The notes under the pieces are model-generated. The model was not told where the DNA came from and searched no databases. It saw only the letters and a program-made list of their open reading frames with translations. The position numbers and the translations under genes are program-made. From the human T2T-CHM13v2.0 reference genome, Homo sapiens: DNA of 64,000 bases. The DNA lies in NCBI RefSeq assembly GCF_009914755.1, contig NC_060932.1, one strand, 5' to 3'. Positions 37,368 through 48,815 of the stretch are shown here, piece after piece (position 1 is the first letter of the stretch; every line of letters starts with the position of its first letter).

Positions 37368-39470
37368 TCTTGCAGATGCTAAAATTGAATTTTGGAGCTG
37401 GATCACTTACCAGCTAGCTGGCCGGCAATGAGAACCCCATTACTGATGGTTAATCAAGCATAAAGTAGCAGTGAAACACTTTCACTGGGGCAATCTGGGA
37501 TGGTGTATTGTTTAATGGGAATGCACTAATTGCTGCAAGGTATCAGCCATTGGGAAAAAATTAAGGAAATAGAAGCTCTAAGGAGAGTGGAATTGGGTGA
37601 CCTATTGCTAAACTATTGCTAAGCTTGATGGATGCCCTGGGGAAAGATAACATCATCATCAAATCATAATCAATAATCACCAAATAAAATCTAAATGTGA
37701 AAGGCAGAAAGCCTCCTTGGTAGCATAACAAAAACTTCCTAATCACTTGCAACAGAAAGGTAGTGAAACCTAAGGATTGGTTTTAAGATTTAATAATAAG
37801 AGTAACTGCGTTCCAAAGAAGGTTAATCTCTATCATGACACATGAGATGGCAAAATCTGAGTTGATGGACCTGAAAATCTTGAATGCCCTAATTCCATTG
37901 AATCCTTTGAGACTAAGAAAGTAGCCTACTCCTCCTACTAAGCATCAGTACATTCCCTCAACTCTTGGGTAAGGGAGTGAGAAAATCACATTAAACAGAA
38001 TGCACACAACTCCTCCCCCACAAAAAGAGAACAATTGATTAGAGAAACCACTTCACCATTCCAACAGAGGAGGGCAGCCTCTTCCTGATATAGGTGTCTC
38101 TCCTTTAAACAATCAGCACCCACTCATGATCTTTCATTATCTCATTTCTTTGCTTTTAAGTCCAAACCTAGAGTTAAGTCATAGTCTAACCCAGCCAGGA
38201 GTGTGTTCAGCCTGGAAAAAGGTGGACGGTGACTGCACAGCTGCATGACCTAGTCAACATTTACCAGAAGGAGCTGGAAGAGCACACATGAGACTGATTA
38301 CAAAAAATGTTCTGCCAAGGGCAAAAGAAAAAAACCTGGATAAGAGGAATTTATCAGTATGGGAGTATTTAACAGCCTGGCAAAAAGCCCTCGGAAGAGG
38401 GTGCAAACACACTGTAAGGATGGCCACTAGAAGTATGAAAAAAGCAATGGCCCCCATGTGGTGAGAAATAAATTCCAGAATTTTTGTGGCAGATAGTAGA
38501 AGAAACAATTAAAAGAATCAAAGAAGTGGACATGTTAGAGTGGATATACTACAGAGTGGATATACTACATAAAGTGAGAAAACTCACCAGATAGTGATAT
38601 TCCATCACTGAGGCCAGAGGATCCACTATTTGTCAAAGGGCTAAGGAAGGAGCTGGTGAGAGGGACATCGGTGTCATTGCGATGTTCATTAATGCTTGTT
38701 AGTCTAGGGCTGACAACAGAAGATGCCATTCCCAAACTATAGCTCTCTAATAATAATGAGAATGATAAAACTTCAAAACAAAAGACTAAATAGCAATGTG
38801 TGAGCTTCGTCAGCAGCCTTAAGGATAAAGCTATTGTAACAAGTGGTAAGATTGAAGCAGCAGCCAAGAAGAGCTGAGAATGGAGAGGGTTATGAGATGG
38901 TATTCCTAGGGGCAAAATAGAAGAGTAGCCAATTAGGGAACTGCTCAATGTGTGCAAGCCAAAGAATTCAGTGGCAGATAATCACAAGGCAGATCAGGGG
39001 GAAGTTCCCAGCCCCCAATTCCAAATATAAAAGTCATGATTCCATGCCAGTTTCTTGTCCAAATGAAGTTACAAATCCAGATCCTATAGACTGGAAGGGA
39101 GGACAGGTTCCCAGGAGAAAGGAACCGACAAAATCATGGCAAGGAAAAATGGCAATGATTTCTTCAAATAGTTCTCTTTCTTTCAAATAGGGACCCAATC
39201 CTGGGGAATAGCAAACACTCACACATTTCAAGGACTGTTGCATGTAGGGACCAAGTAATTATTAATACCCAAAGTGTTATTATGCCACCTCCACATTAGA
39301 GTCCTGGCCCAGGTCCAGCTCACAATGGGTCCACAGGATTCATGGAACCACTTAGCAGTCATTTCTCTAATCTCTGAATGTGTAATTAAAATAGACATAG
39401 TTGGTAGTTTCCATAACCTCCAGATTAGGTCATTGTCCTACAGCATTAGAGCTATCGTAGTGCAGAAAAT
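37368..39470 (+). mobile_element. Decayed ERVL internal region (leader, gag, pro relic)
   Basis: Follows LTR16 and the PBS. ERVL gag-like segments (gttagagtggatatactac, ggggcaaaatagaag..gccaatt...ctgctcaat) and a protease-like segment (ttcaaggactgttgcatgtagggacc, gtccagctcacaatgggtcca). Many stops. Confidence 0.7.
38537..38568. repeat. Perfect 16-bp tandem duplication
   Basis: agagtggatatactac twice in tandem. Confidence 0.9.
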
Positions 39471-39479
39471 AAGTGAAAT

Positions 39480-40465
39480 AGAATAGAAATACCTGAAAAC
39501 AAAATGATTCAGAAAGGCAAAAAAGAAATGAGTGGAGCAGATGGGACAAAAGTATACTAGTCAAACGAAACCAAGGAAAAGAGAGGATGCATCCTTCTAT
39601 CATATAAGAATTTATGCTCTAAAGCAAAAACGAAAAAAAGAGAGGCTTTCTTGTACTAAAGGCCATACTTTTCAATGAAGACATGACACATATAAAATTT
39701 TTGTATCAGAAACACAGAAACCACCATCATAAAGCAAAAATTACAAGTGATATAGAGAGAAATGAACAGAAGCACACAACTATCAGGAGAATTTAAGCCA
39801 GCACTTTCAGTCCCAGACAAAGATTAAGTGAACAGAAAATAATATATTGATTATATATTCATTATATATTTATATTTCTATAAATATCTATATTTATATA
39901 TGTATATGTAATTTGCTCCTTGATTAAAAAATGTAGAACTTCTCAAATGCACCTAAAACATTTGTAAACATTGACAATATAGTCATGACTCAAAGAAAGC
40001 ATAAAATACATTCACAAAGTAGAAATAATATTAACAACAATATCTGATCACAAAGTAATAAAACTAGAAATTAATAACAAAACCACAAAACAAAACAAAA
40101 ATTCTACTTGGAAATTAGAAAAAAAAAGAAACTATTATATTACTCTTGGGTAAAGGGAAAATGAAAATCAGAATAACAAGTTTTGTAAAAATTAACGATA
40201 AAAACACTCATTATGTCAAAATGTGTGGAATACATTTAAAGCAGTAATAAAAGGAAAAAATTTATAATCGTAGATATTTTTGTTAATAAAATAAAAAAAG
40301 AAGAATTACATCCAATGAAAAGAGGAAAAATAAAAACAGTTAAGCCAAAAAAATTAAAGGAAGGAAATAAAAATAAAACTGAGATACTAATGAAAGACAA
40401 AACAATAATCAGTAAAAACAATTAATAAAATGCTGAATCTGTGAAAATTAAAAAAAAAAATGGAC
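39480..40465 (+). mobile_element. Ancient L1M ORF2 (endonuclease region) relic, probably continuing the L1 split by the ERVL
   Basis: aggagaatttaagccagcactttcagt, ttctcaaatgcacctaaaacattt, tctgatcacaaagtaataaaactagaaattaataac, atgtgtggaatacatttaaagcagt. Confidence 0.7.
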
Positions 40466-40473
40466 AAGTCAAC

Positions 40474-41300
40474 CATATTGGTCAGGGATAAACCAAAGAA
40501 ACAAACCAGTAGGTGATACCTATTAAGAGATTTATTTCAGAGAGTTGGCCTATGTAATTGTGGTAGCTGGGTAGGCACATCCAAAACTCATAGGGCAGGC
40601 TGTTAGGAAGGACAGGATAGAATTCTCCTTCAGAGTTGCCGTCTGTAGGAAAAATTTTCTCTTCCTTAGGGAAGCCTCAGTTCTGCTCTTAAGATCTTTG
40701 AACTGATTGAATTGAGCCCAAAGATTACTGAGGATAACCTCTCTTACTTAAAGTCAACTGTATTAGTCTTCTCAGGCTGCCATTAAAAAAAAATACCAGA
40801 GACTATATGGCTTAAATAACAGAATTTGATTTTCTCACTGTTCTGGAGGCTGGAAAGTCCAAGGACAAGGTCCAGCAGAGCTCGGTTTCTGGTAAGGGCT
40901 CTCTTCCTGCCTTTCAGATGGCTGCCTTTTTGCTGTATCTTCACATGGCAGGGAAAGAAAGACAGAGTGAGAGGGGAGAGAGAAAAGAGTCTCTTCGGTG
41001 TTTCTTCTTATAAGGACATTGATCCTATAGAATCAGGGGCCCACCCTTATGACCTCACATAACCTTAATTACTTCCTTAGAGGCCCCATCTCCAAACACA
41101 GGCACTGGGTGTTATGACTTCAACATTTGAATTACATATGGACTGAGATGCAATTCAGTCCATACCATCAGTTAATTATAGACTTCAATCACCTCTACAA
41201 GTTATCTTCACAGCAATACCTAGGTTGATGTTTGATTGAATAACAGAAAAACTAAGACTATAAACCTAAACTAAGTTGACACATAAAACTGACCATCACA
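40474..41300 (-). mobile_element. MLT2D-like ERVL LTR split by a nested MLT1A
   Basis: agagatttatttcagagagttggcctatgtaattgtgg...tacttaaagtcaac | ...ttcacagcaatacctaggttgatgtttga...aagttgacacataaaactgaccatcaca. Confidence 0.8.
40759..41167 (-). mobile_element. MLT1A-like MaLR solo LTR
   Basis: tgtattagtcttctcaggctgccat...aaataacagaatttgattttctcactgttctggaggctggaaagtccaag...ttcttataaggacattgatcctat...attcagtccatacca. Confidence 0.88.
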
Positions 41301-41441
41301 CCAGTAGATAACCGAATTTGATTCCTAAAAACAGGAATAACAGTGAGATTGTAATGTCGCCAGGAAGTCTTGATGTACCCCATTGAATTTACCAGAATAA
41401 CCTCCCCACCCAGCCCCTGACAGCCAATAATTTTATCTACA

Positions 41442-41612
41442 CCAGAGCCATTCTAACTTCAAGGTGCCTAAGAAGCACCTGGAGATCTTGCTAAAATATA
41501 GATTCTGATTTAGCAGGTGGGATGGTTTGGGGCCTGAGATGCTGCATTTCTAACATGTTGGCAGGTGAAGCTGATGCTGCTGGTCTAAGGACTCAAGTTT
41601 GAGGAGCAACAG
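41442..41612. mobile_element. MER5-family hAT DNA transposon
   Basis: agaagcacctggagatcttgctaaaatatagattctgattt...ggggcctgagatgctgcatttctaaca...gtgaagctgatgctgctggtct...tttgag. Confidence 0.8.
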
Positions 41613-42237
41613 TACAATTAGAATATAATTATGAAACTCCTGAATGTCCAATTTAGTCTTACTCTACCTTTCAAAAATATTTCCTTTCTATTATGTGTCT
41701 AAGGATACGTTGGAGTGCTCATTTGTGCTGAGGAACCACCTCCTGGAGGTTGTTGCTACTGGCCCTGAAACATAGAAGCACCAATATTACACATAGACTT
41801 TAGCAGCTCATGCCAGATTTAGTCTGGCCTGACAGCTTCTTGGCTTTTAAATTTACTTGAATAGCTATTTTCTTAGGTCATGAACCTACTACCTGGATGG
41901 CTGGGTCAGAACCTCATGGACGTAGAACTACTCTTCCCCTTTTATCCACTCATCTTGGTTTAGGGCACACTGATCGTATTTTTCCTACTGCAATGAGCAT
42001 AACTCAGAGGCCATTCCATGTCATAAGATCTGCTCTGGGCTACCTGTGTCCACTACAAGAGATTTTAATAACTTTTAATATTGGAGAAAAAGAGTTGGGA
42101 ACTCTATATTTTTATGCCCAGAAGTCACCTTATCTCTTTGGAGAAATCTGTCTATATTTTTATCTATTTATATTTTACCTATTTTTTTATCTCTTGCTGC
42201 ATAAGAAAGAATATAAAATCTCAGAGGCATTTTGTAT

Positions 42238-42688
42238 TGTTATGGGCTCAATTGTTCCTTACATTCATAGTCATGAAGCACTAACTCCCAGTACCTCAGG
42301 ATGTGACTGTTTTTTGGAGATAGAATCTTTAAAAAGATAATGAATAGAAAATAAGGTCATGATTTTGGCCAATGGCACATTGGTAGAAGGAACAGCATGA
42401 CACTTCTGACCCTAGGGCATAAGGGTGAGGTCTAATGCTATATGACTGATATCCTTATAAGAAGAGCAGGCAAGGACACAGATGTGTATACACACAGGAA
42501 ATATCCTATGAGTACGCACTGAGAAGGCAGTCCTCTGCAAGCAAAGGGAGAGGCCCCAGACAAAATGAAACCTGCCAACACCTTGGTCTTCGACTTCTAG
42601 CATCCAGAACAATGAAAATATGGATTTCTGTTGTGTAAGCCACCAAGTCTGTGGTATTTTGTTATGGGGGCCTGAGCAAACTCACACA
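42238..42688 (+). mobile_element. MLT1A/B-like MaLR solo LTR containing a foreign 60-bp insert
   Basis: tgttatgggctcaattgt...cccagtacctcaggatgtgactg...tgactgatatccttataagaagag...cctgccaacaccttggtcttcgacttctagcatccagaac...gcaaactcacaca. Confidence 0.88.
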
Positions 42689-42700
42689 TATCATGATAAG

Positions 42701-43191
42701 TGCTGCTATAAAGACACATGCACACGTATGTTTATTGCGGCACTATTCACAATAGCAAAGACTTGGAACCAACCCAAATGTCCAACAATGATAGACTGGA
42801 TTAAGAAAATGTGGCACATATACACCATGGAATACTATGCAGCCATAAAAAATGATGAGTTCATGTCCTTTGTAGGGACATGGATGAAATTGGAAATCAT
42901 CATTCTCAGTAAACTATCGCAAGAACAAAAACCAAACACCGCATATTCTCACTCATAGGTGGGAATTGAACAATGAGATCACATGGACACATGAAGGGGA
43001 ATATCACACTCTGGGGACTGTGGTGGGGTGGGGGGAGGGGGGAGGGATAGCACTGGGAGATATACCTAAGGCTAGATGACGAGTTAGTGGGTGCAGCGCA
43101 CCAGCATGGCACATGTATGCATATGTAACTAACCTGCACAATGTGCACATGTACCCTAAAACTTAAAGTATAATAAAAAAAAGAAAAAAAA
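42701..43191 (+). mobile_element. L1PA2-like 5'-truncated LINE-1
   Basis: Near-consensus young L1 3' end (gagatcacatggacac, aatatcacactctggggactgtggtgggg, gatgacGAGttagtgggtgcagcgcaccagc; GAG rather than the L1HS-Ta ACA). A tail; short candidate TSD aagtg. Confidence 0.92.
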
Positions 43192-43196
43192 AAGTG

Positions 43197-43590
43197 TTTG
43201 CTTCTTATGTTCCTGCAAGTTGGTTGGGATAGTTTTGCTGTTTAAGTATCAGCGCATAGCCCAGGGGTCAACTGATCTAGGCTAGAAGAGCCTGGATCTA
43301 GGTATCTCTGTATCAAACTGTAAGCCTGCTGGTCAGCCAGGTAGTTCACTATGGACCAGGGGGTTAGCCAAGACATGTCCTTCCCATGAAGATATCAGAG
43401 GGTTAAGACAACAGCAGAAACCTGTGATGCTTAAGGCCTAGGGTCAGGAGTGTCATGCTGTCTCTTCCACCAACGTGCCATTGGCCAAAGCAAGTCATAT
43501 GGTCAAAGTCAAGTTGTTGGGAAATATATTCAGCTCACACCAAGGCCATGGTAAAAGTGTGAATATAGGGACCAGTAATTCAGTCTACCC
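43197..43590 (-). mobile_element. Old MLT1 (G/H-like) LTR fragment
   Basis: cttaaggcctagggtcaggagtgtcatgctgtctcttcc...ccattggccaaagcaagtcatatggtcaa is a typical antisense MLT1 motif. Confidence 0.6.
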
Positions 43591-43799
43591 CAGACACCAG
43601 GTACTCTTTGAGTTCAGAATAGTTTCTCTTGGAAAAAATAAAGCATAGCTTACCAGCGTATCCTTCGTGATAATAATGTTTTTACATTTGTCTTCTAAAT
43701 TTGATTTTGAGCTCATCAAGAATGGAGGCCATATCTTATTTGTTTTTGAATCCAAAGAGACTAGCACAGTTCCTGAACACTACCACACTAAAAGGTATA

Positions 43800-44045
43800 G
43801 TATGACATGGTGATAAGACCATACATTATTGCATCAGACTCCCTGGATACAAATTCTACTACTTATTGGCTGGGTGATCTCAGGAGACTTACTTAACTTC
43901 TCTCTGTCCCTTTTAATTGTCTGTAGAATGGCAATAAAATATTACTTGCCCCAAAGATTGTTCTAAGACTTTAAAAATTCATTATGTAGAAAGCCATTCA
44001 AACAGTACTTGGTACATAGGAAGGACTTGCTAAATGTTAAATAAT
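43800..44045 (+). mobile_element. MIR SINE
   Basis: tcagactccctggatacaaattc...gctgggtgatctcaggagacttacttaacttctct...ctgtagaatgg...aacagtacttggtacatag. Confidence 0.75.
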
Positions 44046-46384
44046 ATACATTGTAATTATGTGGTTACTTACGTTCCTATCCTCTCCTACTCTTTACTCC
44101 TGTCTAGATTGTGAGCTCCTTGAGGTCAAATATTCTGCCTAAAATTGTTTTATGTGAGGTGCATAGAGTTGGAGCCACTCAAATCTGGGCATGAATCTTA
44201 ATTCTGTTACTAATCAGAAATTATTTAACTTCTCTTAACCTTGGCCTCTGCATTCACTTATTCATTCATCAAATATTTATTATCACCCCTGCTAGACTAT
44301 AGGCTCTATAAAGGCAGGGATGGATGTTTACCTTGCACTTAGCTTCATCCCCAGGGGCCAACATAGTGCCCAATCCACTGTGGGCTTGATAATTGATAAA
44401 TTTTTTAAAAATGTCTTCATGAATGAATATGCCAGACACTAGGTGTAGCAATCAAGAACAGGATGAGAAATAAGGCTTGATGTTAACCTTGCCGGAATTT
44501 GTAATCAGGAAACAAAAAATAATATAGCTTCTCATAGGGTTATAGTGAAACTCAAGGAGATACTGTATGAAAAATTAAGCAGAGTACCTGGCACTTAGTA
44601 AGATGCTTCATGGTTGTGACCCCAGCAATGGCTCAATTAAAAGTATACATAACTCATATTTTAATAAGACATATTACTAGAGTAATGTATCAAAAAGATG
44701 TTAGAGATAGAAATGCATTATTTAGTTTGTGTACCCAATTTTAAGCAAAATAGTAAATCAAGTAACATTTGTGCAACTGAAGTGAAATTTCCAGGAGTTG
44801 GTTAATGTTGAATTATAATTGAAAGAGTAAATGAGCAGGGAGAAGATGAATTAAAGAATGAATGAAAGAATAAATGCAAAGTCACAATAGCCAAACAGAA
44901 GAGCAAAGAAATAGATGGTGTTAAATTTTGGGTAGTGCTTTTTCAGCTAAAGCTAAATCATTTTCATGATTTGCACAGCCTGCATCTCAGCCAGAAACAA
45001 CTTTCCCTGGAGGGTTCACAGCCTCTGAGAGCAAATATTCTCAGAGGAAGTTAGATGATTCATGAGATGACTCCTAGGGAGACTGGCAGAAATAAAATCT
45101 CTCAGGAAAAAAAAAAGAGTCAGAGAGAGAGAGAGAGAGAGATCAAGGTGATTCATCAGATTTATTTTCTGTTGATCATTCATTTGGTACTATTTCTAGG
45201 CAATATACAGTGTAAAGAGAGGCAAAGTGATGTTGAAATGGGAAGTTTACAAAACAGGTTGGCTGAGCATACTAAAAGGGTGTTTGTCTCAAGATGGTAC
45301 AGGAGAAGTAAGTTTGGCTTCAATAATCTCTGAGGCTTTGGGCCTTCTAGATTCTTCCTCTTGGCAAAATTGCCATAGCTGCATATTTTGAGGAGCTCTG
45401 TGGCATCTCTTATTGAATCACCCAATAGATTTTTAACAGCATCACAAGTTACTCCTGAACGGTTAAGATCACTTCTTTTATCCTGGTGTGAACTATTAAA
45501 ACTAATAAAATTTTATCTGGCTGAGGGAATCACAGAATTATAACATTTCAGAGTTGGAAAGGTCTTAAAGGTCACAGAGTTTTCATTCTGCACTGAGCGT
45601 TGGGAGGAGTGAGAAATTTTATGCATTTCTGAACCTGTGAGACTATTATGACAGTCCAAGAGAACAGATTTAAGATGAAGACGACGTTTACTAGCCAGGC
45701 GATTAATTGATTAAATTAAATATTAAGAGCATTATGAGTGAGCTATGATCTGACTTTAGCAACAGACATTTTAGAAAATGCTTGTCTTAGTTATATACTG
45801 GAATTATTGGCAATTTTCCTGCAACAGTTTTTTCAGAACTCAGGCAGAAGCACTTACTAAGAGTGAATCCAAGATCCAAGATCCTGCCTTTACTTCCAAG
45901 GCCAGTCTTTTTCAAAATATGTTAGCAAAGTTAAGACTTTGTTTTTTTTTCAGGGTTGAACGCTGAGATCTCTTCCCACCCTTAAAAAGCCCAGAGAACA
46001 AAAAGTTGGCCCAGGTATTGAGTGCGAAGTCATTTCTGTATGTTTCTGGCTCTTGTAAAACAGTAATTTCTTTAACAGTTTAAAGCTTCAGAAATTTTAC
46101 TTTGCAATAAGCCACTGCTGGAGTCAGGTGAGGTCAAGGTTAATATGCAGAGGGTATGCATTTATTCAATCAGGATTTATTGAATAACTAGCATAGGTTA
46201 GTCCCTGTAATACAGACATGAATAATAATATCATCACTGGTATAGAAATATGAACAATGGAGTCTCAGCAAGGAAGATGACTAAGGCTACCTGTAGGGGA
46301 AACAGAGCAAAGCAATCTTGAACAATCTTGAAGGATGAAAGATTTCCTGGTGGGGAAGTAGGGAAAGATATTCCAAGCACATTT

Positions 46385-46570
46385 TTATTGTTATCATTAA
46401 CAGCTAACATTTATCAAGTGCTTTCTATGGGCCACATGCTATGCTAAAGGCTTCATGTGCATTTATTTGGTTCATCCTATAACCCCACGAGGTAAATACT
46501 ATTTTTTACATTTTTTAATAAATGAAGGAATTGAAAATTCAAAAGTTTGAGTCCCGTACTCAAGCTCTTA
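46385..46570 (-). mobile_element. MIR SINE (preceded by an L2 fragment at ~46160-46380)
   Basis: acagctaacatttatcaagtgctttctatgggcca..tgctatgctaaaggcttcatgtgcatt...catcctataaccccacgaggta. Confidence 0.75.
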
Positions 46571-47454
46571 TAGCTAGTGGTCCTCTGACCCCATATAAAA
46601 TATACCCCCAAACTATCATATTCCATGTTTTGATATGAAGTTTGCTCAACAATAAAATGATCATTCAGCTTCCCAAGTTTATTATTCATTTATCATTGAG
46701 GTTGTCTCAATATTTAATGTTTTAATTTGGGGTATTACAAATTTAAAATATACATCAATTTATCAGTTAGTCTCTTCTGGACAAACTACATATCTGGTCT
46801 ATAAAGCCAAGCACCAGAAGCTGGACTGGGATTGCAGCTAGATAGTAAGATCTGAAATAACTCTTAATTGAAGACTTCGATGGAATTTCAAAGGCAGTCA
46901 TGAAGCATATGGTCTGGAGACAAGTTCTAAATCAAGTCAAGGCAAGAATTGAAAAGAAAGCCAATGTAGAAAGCTACAAGTCCAATAATTTTGAAAAAGA
47001 AAGGTCAAAGGAGGTGCGAGTGATTTAAAAGAGTAAAGTACAAGAGAATACCTTGAACCTCTTAGCATGCAACTCAGTTTTGTATCTCATTCCTATGGCC
47101 AAGGACAAAGATGTCACCTGTTAATGGACAACATCACCTCAATGCTTTTCCAGAGGAGAGAATAGATAAGGAGTGGGCACCTTATCCCTGAGGCTCTTGT
47201 TAAGCACCTAAATTTTTGTCCATACATTTGGTAATATGACTGGTCTAATTGCTCAATATTTTGTCATGTTTAGATAGAAGTGCATGAGGAAGGTAATAAT
47301 GTCTATTCTGTGTTCTGTGCAGTGCATTGGTTGATACTGGCCCCGCTTACTAAGTAAATCTCCACTGATGCTCACCTCTCATGGTTTCTAAATGATTTGG
47401 TAATTACTGTAAAGCCATACATAGGCATTAGGGACAAACCAATGGTTTAATGGC

Positions 47455-48180
<726 letters not shown>

Positions 48181-48579
48181 GATCAGGGGAAGTTGCAAAG
48201 ACCATGGAGCTCCTTAGGGAATTTCACCATATCAGACAGTGAAAGGAATTACCAGGCTTGGAATTTACAGAAGGCACTGAGACTTTGGATCAGAAACTTT
48301 CTAGGCAGCTAGACTCTTTTGGAAGCTAAGGTGAAGCATTCAGATGGCTGCTGAGCTAAGCTCTGCCCACCCACTTCAGTGTTAATATGTTCATTCCTAT
48401 AAAATTTGTTTGATTTTCCTAAATAAAGAGTAGCAGTGGTTAAGAGATGGTGTCTGGAATCAGATAGCCTAGCTTTTTATTCCAACTCTAGGCTAGGCAT
48501 ACATGTATCATCTTGGATAATTTACTCAACATAGATGAGTCTTCTTCCTATTTATTCCAGAGACTTCTGTAAACTGCCT

Positions 48580-48815
48580 TGTATTGGCTTGACTTCACCT
48601 CTGACTCCAGCTCTAGTTATAGCAAATAGTACTTATGGCCTCTGCCTTACTGGCAGCTTCCTGCCTTAAGCAAGAACCACCTCTTCTTCATTTGCAGCCC
48701 CAGGTCTTATCTAGCACAGTGGCATGGTGACCTGAGAAAAGCATGCTCTGCCCTCATGTGCAGCCTCAAAGTGAGGGAAAGTTAATGTCCCCAGGGCATG
48801 TCTCAACCAATGAGT
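48580..48815 (+). mobile_element. LTR16-family ERVL LTR, 5' half
   Basis: gcagcctcaaagtgagggaaagttaatgtccccagggcatgtctcaaccaatga is a characteristic LTR16 motif. It abuts gag-like sequence, so the LTR 3' half and leader are deleted. Confidence 0.6.

Noticed and set aside
42620-42958. 112-aa ORF fusing an ATG in the MLT1 LTR to the L1 ORF2 C-terminus (CCYKDTCTRMFIAALFTIAKTWNQPKCP...)
   Set aside because: A chance in-frame juxtaposition with a truncated young L1. The ORF2 tail is frameshifted (QEQKPNTAYSHS), and the ATG lies near the LTR 3' end with no evidence of expression.
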